A DNA stretch of 63,471 nt, counting the filler, from Collodictyon triciliatum (taxonomy: Eukaryota): the NCBI GenBank assembly GCA_043381765.1. It is 22 parts of 22 records of this genome, joined end to end, with 100 filler letters (N's around TTAATTAATTAA, not from the genome) between each part and the next. Parts side by side here need not be neighbours in the genome. Positions count along the whole stretch, not along the records: positions 37,609 to 40,400 come from JBHJMP010008297.1; positions 40,501 to 43,285 come from JBHJMP010008298.1; positions 43,386 to 46,170 come from JBHJMP010008299.1; positions 46,271 to 49,054 come from JBHJMP010008300.1; positions 49,155 to 51,938 come from JBHJMP010008301.1; 17 more parts are not named here. One strand, given 5' to 3'. Position numbers and translations under genes: made by a program. Positions within the stretch are counted from its first letter, which is position 1, and the number at the start of each line of letters is the position of its first letter. The notes beneath the pieces were generated by a model, which saw only the letters and a program-made list of their open reading frames with translations, ran no database searches and was not told where the DNA came from. Below are positions 38,890 through 50,006 of this stretch, piece after piece.

Positions 38890-39959
38890 TCAACGCAGTT
38901 CTCTCGGTTAGATAATTATTACAATGTCTCATCTTCCCTATATGTAAACTATAAATATTTAAGTATGTTATCCCAGTTGCCATGCCATTTGTTCCTATGC
39001 CCTCATTTTATCTTGTATTGTCTCGATTATTCGTTGTGGCTATTCGCTGGTTTCTTGGTTTTTTTTATATTCCTCCTTTCAATTTTGTGCAATTCGCTGG
39101 TTTCTTGGTGTCTTATGATAGGCATCCGCATTCCTCTTCATGAATTCCATTTCCAATCTCCAAAATCTGCTTGCGACTCAGCTGTCTCTGTTGGATGTAA
39201 TCTGTTTCAGTAGTCTGTGGAAGTTGACTACATGTCTGAAAAAAATCTGGAATATCTGCCACTGTTGTTTTTGGTTTGCATGCTCTGGAATGTGCGGCCT
39301 TTGTTAAATATTCTAAAAATAACAATACACATTCGTTCTTTTACATTGATTAAGGTACATGGGTTGTGAAATGAATCTCGATATCGTTCCACAGTAGCTC
39401 TGACTCTTTCGTTCGTTTCTCTGTTTTGCCTGGTCTGTGATGTCATATTCTTTTCTTTTGGCATAACTAACAATTAGCTGTATTTTATTTATGTAACTTT
39501 CACGCTTGTTCAAAAATGTATTTAGTTTATCATCTCATATGTTTGGTTAGTCAAGGGTTTTTATTATCGTAGGTGTCGTGGTCGTCATATATTATAAGGG
39601 TACTCATCTTATTCGTCTTTGAATCCAAAATCTTTCATTATAGGTTATATAAATGTGTTCAATTCTGAGAAAGAATCCTCTTTATTTTATTTTCTCTCCT
39701 GGAATAGTCTTTTTTTTCTTTTTCTGAATGATACCCAAATATCCTCGAAGCGAAGGTTCTTATCATAGTCTCTTGATATTGTGCTTTAGGAATTTTGCCG
39801 GTCAAGTTGCCTGCAGTGATGCCCTTCTTTTTGATGCCACCTATACACTTGTGCTTTCTCGAAAGGCTTTTTCATCGCTTTGGCCGTTCCAAATTATTCC
39901 CTTATTCTTTAATATCATTCAGTTATTGCGACTTCAAGGCACAGCTCTGTGAGAGCAGA

Positions 39960-40400
39960 ATCCCATCACCACCGCCAAACACGCCCGAGCCGCTACTAGC
40001 GCGGTGGAAGGTTCTGTATGAAAACTGTGAAATGTGCGAGTCTACCCAACTACATGCGGGTACAGGCCAGCTTTGCTGGGATAGAGCAAAAGGCTTCTGT
40101 ATCATCAAGTCGAGAGAAGGAAACAGCTCCTTCGTCCTGCAACAAGTCGCTTTTCAAAAGGATGGGAGCTTCGCACCGTCGAAAAATGCAACGATATTTC
40201 ACTCGTCGAATGCAACCCCAACCACAGCCGTCCTGAACAACAAAGGAGAATGGCGCTCACGACGTCCCATCTCATACGGAGCACCGTCGCCATTTTTCTT
40301 TCGCCTGAAGAACCAAAGGCGGTCCATTACGCCTGATTCTCCGCAATTCTCGATGGCCATGGCGTACTCCAAATTCTTCCGATATAAAATCATAAATCAT
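39960..40400 (+). mobile_element. Dispersed repeat, copy B (open frame; probable LINE ORF2 segment)
   Basis: Matches 34723-35045; open frame ends ...FSMAMAYSKF, like the FS+..AY motif that precedes zf-RVT. Confidence 0.65.
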
Positions 40401-41044
40401 NNNNNNNNNNNNNNNNNNNNNNNNNNNNNNNNNNNNNNNNNNNNTTAATTAATTAANNNNNNNNNNNNNNNNNNNNNNNNNNNNNNNNNNNNNNNNNNNN
40501 AAAAATAAAAAATAAAAAATAAAAAATAAAAAATAAAAAATAAAAAATAAAAAATAAAAAATAAAAAATAAAAAATAAAAAATAAAAAATAAAAAATAAA
40601 ATAAAATAAAATAAAATAAAATAAAATAAAATAAAATAAAATAAAATAAGAACATAAGAAAAAATAATAAAATAAAATAAATTGCAGCTGTATTTAAAAA
40701 AGAGAGAAAAGGTGACCTTGACCAGGGCGCTGGGATCACGGATGCAGACGATGTTGGAGAGTGTCGTAAAGTAGTCGGGAAGCGGCGATTCCAGCCCTCC
40801 GTTAACATGAAGAACAGGCATTTGCTTTGTTTGTGAAATGGCTTCAGTCACCGGAACCAAAAAAAAGAAAAGGCTCAGCTCTGGCTCCCTCACAAACAGA
40901 GTCAGATACGCTGCACATCAGCCGAACAGATTTTTTTCGATCTCGTCGTTGCGTGTGACAGAAGCAGAACGGGTTGGCTAAATCCTGTAAATATATTTTC
41001 CAGTTATGTAAGAGGGCAGAGGGCGTCCGTTTCTGCATCAAACG

Positions 41045-41088
41045 AAAAAAAATAAAATAAAATAAAAATAAAATAAAAATAAAATAAA

Positions 41089-41119
<31 letters not shown>

Positions 41120-41430
41120 TAAAATAAAAATAAAAATAAAATAAAAATAAAAATAAAATAAAAATAAAATAAAAATAAAAATAAAATAAAAATAAAATAA
41201 AATAAAAATAAAATAAAATAAAAATAAAATAAAATAAAAATAAAATAAAAATAAAAATAAAAATAAAATAAAAATAAAAATAAAATAAAAATAAAATAAA
41301 AATAAAAATAAATATAAAATTAGAAATTAAAATTAGAAATTAAAAACAAAATTAAAAACAAAATTAAAAACAAAATTAAAAACAAAATTAAAAACAAAAT
41401 TAAAAACAAAATTAAAAACAAACATAAAAA
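41045..41430. repeat. (AAAAT/AAAAAT)n and (AAAATTAAAAAC)n low-complexity array
   Basis: Directly visible. Confidence 0.9.
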
Positions 41431-41610
41431 TAATTTTAAGTTAATATTAAGTTTGCTTACAAAAAACGATATTAAGAACAAATCCTAATTTACATTCAAT
41501 AAGAAATGAATAGTGGTAATGGGGGTTTTTCTTTAAACTAAAAGAAAAAGAGGTTGTTTTATTTTTAAAATCGTTCACTATCGACAGAAGCGCAAGAAAC
41601 ATAACAGGCA

Positions 41611-42951
41611 CTAGAGTTCAGAAAGGGTTATCGTGTCGAGGGAATGGGTGACATGAGGCAGCGGAATTGCACGCGCCTTGCAAAAGGAGACGAGATTTTC
41701 ATGTGTCCATTTTGACCTTCGGTCCAGCAATATCGGCTTCAAACCGAAGGAATGTGCACCAACAATGTCCAGATTCATATCATCGCCAACGTGTAGGATA
41801 TCAGCGGGGCTCTGAGTAAATAACAAAGAACAAATGACTTGCAAATAAAAAAAGCTTATCGCTCTTTGTTTTGGAACAGGTTGCAGCATTAGACATTTTT
41901 TTTTTGAACATACCCGTCCACAGAGACCTAGACCGTTTATGGCGTCGCGGAAGATATCAGGTTTTGGCTTTGCGTGCCCGCACCTTCACATTTTAAAGAA
42001 CGGGTGTAAATAACAAAACAAAAGCATGACAGAAAAAAGCACCATTCTGAATTCATAATCTCGTGAATAAATCCCCCAACCAGGTGCTCAGTGATATCGA
42101 AGAGAATTTGTCCGATATGCCGAGGTCGTCGAGAATTGGGACGAGGCGTGAGTCGAAGTTCGAGACTACGGCGAGTTTGCAATTCCTCTTCGCCAGTAAT
42201 GACAGCGACGGCACAACGTCGGAATACAGCTCCCACGCGTCGGCCTAAATATTATGGGATTCAGCATATGCAGCGAACGTCGCTTGCTGAAGTCTCATCA
42301 TTAAAAAAAAACGTAAATATTTTTCTTCAGATATTGTGTGAGTGCAGAGCCACCTTACTAAAGTCTGTGTAGACATCATCAAAGAAGCGCTGGAAGCTTC
42401 TATACGGTAAAACGGGAGGGAAAGTAAGAAAGAAAGGAGGCATTTGACAGACATAATGGCCTACCCTTCGGTGGGATAGCATAACAGTAGTTCAGGTAAT
42501 GCAGAACAGTAGAAAGTAGCCAGCCAAAGGAGTCTTCAGCACAACTCGCTTTCAAAAACATTAAAAAACAAAAACAAAAGACAAACATGAAACACCTTTC
42601 ATCTGTTTTCACGCCTGCGCGGGTGCAAACATCTCTCACAAGCAGGTGCCACCAGCGACGCTCGAAGTCAAAGAGTTTATCCAGCAAGGGTTCAGTTCCG
42701 ACCTTGAGCCGGGCCGTCCGGATTCTTTGGGCTGCCTCTCGTGGTTTGCTGATGTGTGGAAGGCCGTGCGAGAATCCCGGTGCGAGTGGAGGGGCTTGGG
42801 CAAAAGCAGCTGCAAAGTGGCCATGAACTTCGTGCTCCTGCAGACAGAATCCGTGCTGCTGTGCTCGTCTTGCATACACGCGACCGACAGACTCTCGTGT
42901 TTTGATCAGGACGCCGTGGGCATCAAGGAGAACTGCTCTTGCTCGGGCCAT
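41611..42951 (-). CDS. HDHD3: HAD-superfamily hydrolase, HDHD3-like, complete, 5 exons
   Basis: VLLDAHGVL...SVGRVY; AVVSNFDSRL; KPKPDIF; LHVGDD..DIVGA..GL; GT-AG introns in frame. Confidence 0.88.
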
Positions 42952-43385
42952 TGCGCCTTCAGCCTGTTCCTTCCTTGGCGCGCTGCCTTTGTGCAGGTAT
43001 CGAAGGAGGTGCGAGCCTCTGTACTCTGTGGGTTTTTTGTTCTCCTGGTCAGCTGTGTGTCTGGGTGAGGCGTGTCAATAGGAGCGTATTGAAGGCGGAT
43101 GCCTGTGTATCTGCTTTGAAGCTGGCTCTGTGTGCTCTCCAGTTTATTCTGCTCTCTCTGGGAGAGTAAGGTTCCATGCTTTGGGTAAAGAGAAAGAAAG
43201 AAAGAGAAAGAAAGAGAAAGAAAGAGAAAGAAAGAGAAAGAAAGAGAAAGAAAGAGAAAGAAAGAGAAAGAAAGAGAAAGAAAGANNNNNNNNNNNNNNN
43301 NNNNNNNNNNNNNNNNNNNNNNNNNNNNNTTAATTAATTAANNNNNNNNNNNNNNNNNNNNNNNNNNNNNNNNNNNNNNNNNNNN

Positions 43386-43560
43386 GGATATGGATATGGA
43401 TATGGGTATTGATATGGATATGGGTATGGATATGGATAAGGAGATGATGGAGATGGAGATGGAGATGGAAATTGAGATTGAGATTGAGATTGGGATTGGG
43501 ATTGGGATTGGGATTGGGATTGGGATTGGGATTGGGATTGGGATTGGGATTGGGATTGGA
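43386..43560. repeat. Compound hexamer array (GATATG)n-(GAGATG)n-(GAGATT)n-(GGGATT)n
   Basis: Directly visible; stepwise drift of the hexamer unit. Confidence 0.9.
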
Positions 43561-44665
43561 ATATGGATTTGGACTTCGAATGAGATATGGAATGCAGAGC
43601 TTGTAAAAACCAAATTTTGATTGTGTAATCATTTCCTCCTGAAACAATTTTCGACCCATCAGGTGTAACAACAACGCTATTCACACCATCGTTATGACCT
43701 GACAATGTGCGAATCAAAGCTCCATCAGAAAGATTCCAAATTTTTATTGTTCGGTCATTGGTTCCACACCCTGAAACAATTTTTGAGCCATCAGGGGTGA
43801 CAGCAACGCTGCTAATATCCCAAATATGACCTGACAATGTGCGTATCAAATCCCCATCAGAAAAATTCCAAATCTTGATTGTCCAATCCACACTTCCAGA
43901 AACGATTATAGAGCCATCAGGAGTCACAACAACGCTGTTGACATTACTGCTATGCCCTGTTAAAGTGCGAATCGAAGCTCCGTCGGAAACATTCCATATT
44001 TTGATAGTGATATCAGCACTTCCAGAGACAATATTTAAGCCATCCGGAGTAAAAGCAACACTCATTACTCTATATGCATGACCCCATAATGTGCTAATCA
44101 ATGTTCCATCTAAAAGACTCCAAATTTTGATTGTGCTATCCCAGCTCCCTGAAATAATTTTTGAGCTGTCAGGGGAAATAGCAACGCTGAGAACATCCCT
44201 TGAATGCCCAGACAATGTCCGGATCAATGCTCCGTCAGAGGGATTCCAGATTTTGATTGTGTAGTCCAAGCTTCCAGACGCTATTTTTGAGCCATCAGGG
44301 GAGACGGCAACGCTTTGCACAGTACCAGTATGGCCATTCAAGGTTCTTATCAAACCTCCATCATAAAGACTCCATATTTTAATTGTGAAGTCAGAACTTC
44401 CAGACACTATTTTAGAGCCGTCAGGAGTAACAGCAACACTCCAAACCCATTTTGTATGATCACTTAGCGTGCGAATCAAGTAGCTTTCTTGACCTTCAAC
44501 TTCAGATACACGATGTTGCCAGAGCAACACTATAGTATTTAATATACACATTCAGTTCATATTACTTTTTTTTAAAATGTAACATTTTCTCATATTACTT
44601 AATTCTTCATCAAGTACTAACAAACCTGCTAATATGACAGCCACTAATGAAAATTTCTTTAGCAT
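43386..44665 (-). CDS. Signal-peptide/anchor-bearing 7-repeat WD40 protein (HET-E-like repeats); exons 44665-44626, 44529-<43386
   Basis: MLKKFSLVAVILA|VLLWQHRVSEVEGQES then seven ~42-aa IRTLSGH...V.SVAVTPDGSKIVSGS.D.TIKIW repeats; the frame stays open through (SQ)n(SP)n(YP)n to the gap. Confidence 0.88.
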
Positions 44666-46271
44666 TCAGTGTCCTTGTAAGGTGTTGTCATTTTGGAAGA
44701 AAATAAGGTTTAGAAAGTACACACAATAAATCTGTAACATGAAAAGCCTCCTATTTAAGAGCATCAACTGAAAAGAAAGTATATATGCATATTTATCTAT
44801 TCAAATTCACGCTTTATTCTGTTCTACAAGTAAACGCCATATTCATATATTTAAAGTTAAAAAAGCATGCTACCAATAAAAAATCAGCTTTTTACATTTC
44901 TTTTATGTAATGTATTTTGATTTTATGGATTTTATTGTTTTCTTTGTGAATTGACGCAGCAAAATAATGTGATGTATATATGCCACCACTGATATATTTT
45001 CAATTACACACAGATTTTGATACACTCGATAATATGGGATGGGAAAAAGACTGGCTAGCGAACCAAAGCCAACACCCCCCCTCGGTCCTGCACAAAAGTT
45101 GAAAGGAAGAATAAAAAAAATAGGATGGGAAAAAGACGAGAGGGTCGAGCTCACAGAAACGTAAATAGAATGAAATAAATATCTTGATTCTTTATGAAAT
45201 GATTGTTTTGTAAGCATGGGCAATTTACATATCCATGAGAGGTTTTTGTAGAAAAAATAATGAATCTGCATATATTTCAAGGCATATTATATCCGATTAA
45301 TAAAAGTATTGTTTTTTCTAATTTACTAATTCTCAATATGTTGTCGTTTAATATTTGAATTTAGGTTTTGAATAAAGCTGAAGAGAAAACCAAACATTAT
45401 ATTACTTGGAAAGTTTTTGATCAGCAATAGACTTTTCATAAAAATATTAAAGACAGGAGCCAATCAATCTTCAAAATCTGGAGGAGTCGGCACTATATTT
45501 ATATCTTAGAATATATTTTTCATGTCCTTTCCACAAGATTTATATTAACTCTGTTCATTTTAAATGAGCGCATAAAAACTCGCCAAATAGTCTTACATAA
45601 GGGATAACCTCATTGAAATGCATTATAGATGAGTTAAAGAAAGGTATCCGTTTCTTTATTATCTTACGGTAGTTTTAAGTTAATTATTATCATATAAATA
45701 AGCTATTGTATCTTTTCTACGATTGGCGTTTGCATCTAGATTGTGGATAAGGTGCGATGGACAGCCAAGTGGGTTATGGTGCAGTTTGTCGGTGTGAATA
45801 GTGCTATTGCTTCTGATCGAACTAAAAGGAGGTGACAAGCGGTAATATGACAATCAAGTGTAAACCTTATCCACAGTTTTAGTCTCTAGCAGCTACATAT
45901 TCACAAGGCCTAATATATTGTATGTATCTATGTTTGCCGTCAAACAAGATAGAAAACGTGAGATCTTTACCACAATATATAGGGTGATTGAATTTAAACA
46001 GAACGCCTTCGCGGTCAAATGTGAAAGAATAATAACTCATTAGTAAATAATAGATAATTCAAAATATGCTTTGGCATTCTTTTGGCGGGAAGTGGTGGTG
46101 TTTTTTCTTAGATTTTAAAATTTTCAAACGCACATTCGAAAATCATAACAAAATTAATTGTTTTCCTGCANNNNNNNNNNNNNNNNNNNNNNNNNNNNNN
46201 NNNNNNNNNNNNNNTTAATTAATTAANNNNNNNNNNNNNNNNNNNNNNNNNNNNNNNNNNNNNNNNNNNNC

Positions 46272-47590
46272 TCAAACTCCGGCTCATATGGAAACAAATC
46301 ATGTATTGAATGTCCACAAGGTACTTGGAATGATAGAGATGGTCAGGCATCGTGCGCGTCATGCCCAGCTGGTACATTCAACAACAAAACTGGCTCATTT
46401 GATGAATCATCGTGCATTTCATGTCCTAATGGAAGCTACAGCTCAGAGAGAAGCGCATCATGCAGTCTATGCTTATCAGGATTCTATCAAAAAGAAGAAA
46501 TCACAAAAGACTCACAGTCATGTCATGCTTGTCCAAAAGGCTCATTCAACTCAAACTCCGGCTCATATGGAAACAAATCATGCATCGAATGCCCACAAGG
46601 CACTTGGAATGATAGAGATGGTCAAGAATCATGCACATTATGTCCAGCTGGTACGTTCAACAACAAAACTGGCTCATTTAATCAATCATCATGCATTCCA
46701 TGCCCAGATGGAAGCTACAGCTCAGAAAGAAGCTCATCATGCAGCTTATGTTTATCAGGATTTTATCAAAAAAAAGGAATCACAAAAGATTCAAATTCAT
46801 GCTACACTTGTCCAAAAGGCACATTCAACTCAAACTCCGGCTCATATGGAAACAAATCATGCATTGAATGTCCACAAGGTACTTGGAATGATAGAGATGG
46901 TCTAGCATCATGTACATCATGTCCAGCTGGTACGTTCAACAACAAAACTGGCTCATTCAATCAATTATCATGCATTTCATGTCCAAATGGAAGCTACAGC
47001 TCAGAAAGAAGCTCATCATGCAGCTTATGCTCATCAGGATTCTATCAAAAAGAAGATATCACAAAAGACTTAAGCTCATGCTACGCTTGTCCAAAAGGCA
47101 CATTCAACTCAAACTCTGGCTCATATGGAAACCAATCATGCATTGAATGTCCACAAGGTACTTGGAATGATAGAGATGGTCAAGCATCATGCACATCATG
47201 CCCGGTTGGTACATACAATAACAAAACTGGCTCTTTTGATAAATCATCATGCATTTCATGCCCAGATGGAAGCTATAGCTCAGAAAGAAGCGCATCATGC
47301 AGTTTATGCTCATCAGGATTCTATCAAAAAGAAGGAATCATAAAAGATTCAAATTCATGCTACACTTGTCCAAAAGGCACATTCAACTCAAACTCCGGCT
47401 CATATGGAAAAAAGTCATGTACTGAATGTCCACAAGGCACTTGGAATGATAGAGATGGTCAAGCATCATGCACATCATGCCCAGCTGGTACGTTCAACAA
47501 CAAAACTGGCTCATTCAATCAATCATCATGCATTTCATGCCCAGATGGAAGCTATAGCTCAGAAAGAAGCTTATCATGCAGCTTATGCCC
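46272..47590 (+). repeat. 279-nt (93-aa) coding tandem repeat, ~4.7 copies seen
   Basis: Units start at 46272, 46551, 46830, 47109 and 47388 (TCAAACTC[C/T]GGCTCATATGGA). Confidence 0.95.
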
Positions 47591-49054
47591 GACACGCTCA
47601 ACCACAATAAAAGAAGGCTCCAAATCAATAGATGATTGCAAGTGCTTAGATACCTATGTGTCATATGATGCTATTTGCACATGTCCTCCAGGAAAGTTTG
47701 AGGATGGAAGTGAGTGCGTTCCGTGTAGACTTGGTTCATACAAATCAACAAATAGCACGAATTTCTGCCTATCCTGTGGTGATAAATTTACGACGAAAAA
47801 CAATGGCTCTCTTTATTCAACCGATTGCGAATGCAAGATAGGATTTGAGTTGAGAAACTCCACTTGTGAATGCAAACCAGGATGGTACGAAAAGCAAGGA
47901 AACTGCTACGAATGTCCTTCAGATACATATAGCGATGATTATGGACTAAAATATTGTAAAACGTGTCCTAAGGGATTTGAATGTGTAGGAACCAATCAAC
48001 CAACTGTTGCACCAGGGTATTGGAAGGCTCAAAGCTCAAATGGAGAATATGTCGCTTACAAATGTTTGAATGAGAACGCATGTAATGGAGGAAACAAAAC
48101 TTGTGCTGATGGATACACTGGGCCACTATGTAGTGTTTGTGATAACGGATACGGAAAAACCAGTTATTATTGCACTAAATGCCCACCGAAAGGAGTGAAC
48201 ATATTCTTGATATTCCTGAGCTTTGCTATTCCACTTGCATTTGTGTTTTTCATGATAGAACAATCAAGACAGACGAGAACGGGAAATATTCAAATCCTGA
48301 AATCCCTCTCCACCCATTTCCAAGTTTTGTCATATTTGGCGAACTTTGATGTAAAATGGAGCTCAATCATAATTTCAGCTATGAAAATCCCAGCCTTGTT
48401 CTCATTTTCCCTTTCAATAGACAGCTACCCGATGGAATGCCAAATAGAAATATCATTGTATGAAAAATTATTGTTCACGATGTTGAGTCCAATAATATTG
48501 ACTTTAATAATGTTGACTTTCGTTTTAATGAAAGATTTGAGGAGACTTTACAAAAATGAGATTTCAAGAAGCGAATTTTCTTTCAATCATTTTCGGGAAG
48601 AAATCATGTACTCGATGCTGGTCATGCTATTTTTTGTCCATCCTTCAATCACATCGAGCATCGCACAAATATTTCCATGTGAAAAACTCGGGGATATAAG
48701 ATATTTGAATACTGATATGTCGATTTTATGTGATGACGAAACGTACAAATTCTGGAGGATTATTTCTTTTGTTTTCCTTTTTGCCTATTGTATCGGCGGA
48801 CCGCTCTTTTTTTTGGTCAGAATAATTCGCAAAAGTAGAGCGTTGAGCAATCCTACTTCGAAAACATATGCACTTTTCCGATTTTTGATTGATGGATACA
48901 CTGAAAAGTGCCAATACTGGGAGGTCGTCTTGATGATGCAAAAGTTAGTCATTGTAATGATAAGCACGTTCTTTCCTGCTTCGCTGCAAATATACTTTGG
49001 TTTGTGGCTGCTGTTTCTGATGATTGCTTCGACCATTTATTTCAGGCCATTCAT
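46272..49054 (+). CDS. Cys-rich GCC2/GCC3 (ephrin-receptor-like) repeat surface protein with multipass C-terminal region; intronless here, truncated at both ends
   Basis: One open frame across the contig: C..CP.Gt(W/F/Y) repeats, PGYW, C..GYTGPLCSVC..GY, then TM helices, D.SI.C, Y..K..YWE.V.M..K. Confidence 0.88.
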
Positions 49055-49154
49055 NNNNNNNNNNNNNNNNNNNNNNNNNNNNNNNNNNNNNNNNNNNNTT
49101 AATTAATTAANNNNNNNNNNNNNNNNNNNNNNNNNNNNNNNNNNNNNNNNNNNN

Positions 49155-50006
49155 GTGGGTTTCAGTATGGGTCTCAGCCTTTACTTCAGCATGAGTTTCA
49201 GCATGAGTTTCGGGTTGAGTTTCAGCGTGGGTTTCAATGTGGGTCTCAGGTTGGGGTTCAGCGTGGGTTTCAGCATGAGTTTCAGCGGGAGTTTCGGGTT
49301 GAGCTTGAACCTTTTCTTCAGGTTGGGTTTCAGCGTGGGTCTCAGTGTGGGTCTCAGCATGAGTTTCAGCGTGGGTCTCAGCGTGGGTTTCAGCGTGGGC
49401 TTGAACCTTTTCTTCAGCATTGGTTTCAGCATGGGTTTCAACCTTTTCTTCAGTATGAGTTTCAGCATGAGTTTTAGCATGGGTTTCAACCTTCTCTTCA
49501 GCATGGGTTCCAGCATGGGTTTCAGCGTGAGTCTCAGCATGGGTTTCAGCATGGGTTTCAGCATGGGTTTCAGCATGGGTTTCAGCATGAGCTTCAGCGT
49601 GAGTCTCAGCATGGGTTTCAGTATGGGTTTCACGTTGAGCTTGAACCTTTTCTTCAGCATGGGTTTCAGCGTGGGTGTCGGCTTGGGCGTCGGCCTTCTC
49701 TCCAGCGTGATATTCAGTCATCGATTTTACTTGATTTTCTATTAGTTTGTTTTTAATTCACGTGGTGAGACATGTCAGAAGTAATACAGTGTGCTGGGTT
49801 TATTAGATTGAACTTACCTCCCGAATAGATCTGGCTGTTTAACTCTGGTTCTATCAATGATTTTGATACTGAAGTTTCCTCAAACGTTTCAAATGATTCG
49901 TTTCCGTAATCCAGGCTTTTATCTACTAAATTGATGGTGAGGTATATATATATATATAGTAAGATGCTAACCTGCGTTTATGTAGATCAAGGATCCCCAT
50001 TTGAAC
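49155..50006 (-). CDS. Spliced protein with long (HAET)n His/acidic repeat; truncated
   Basis: 12-nt unit GCTGAAACCCAT with third-position variation; upstream exon IKAWITETNHLKRL...IYSG splices in frame (GTAAGT donor) to ENQVKSMTEYHAGE. Confidence 0.7.

Noticed and set aside
39795-39900. Minus-strand AQVYRWHQKEGH as a mariner HTH or zinc knuckle
   Set aside because: Too short and spacing does not fit either motif.
43490-43560. (TTGGGA)n as a telomere
   Set aside because: Internal, short, and grades into related hexamers within a compound microsatellite.
46288-47610. His/Met-rich repeated ORFs (METNH...)
   Set aside because: Off-frame translations of the Cys-rich repeat; broken by stops while the Cys frame is continuous.
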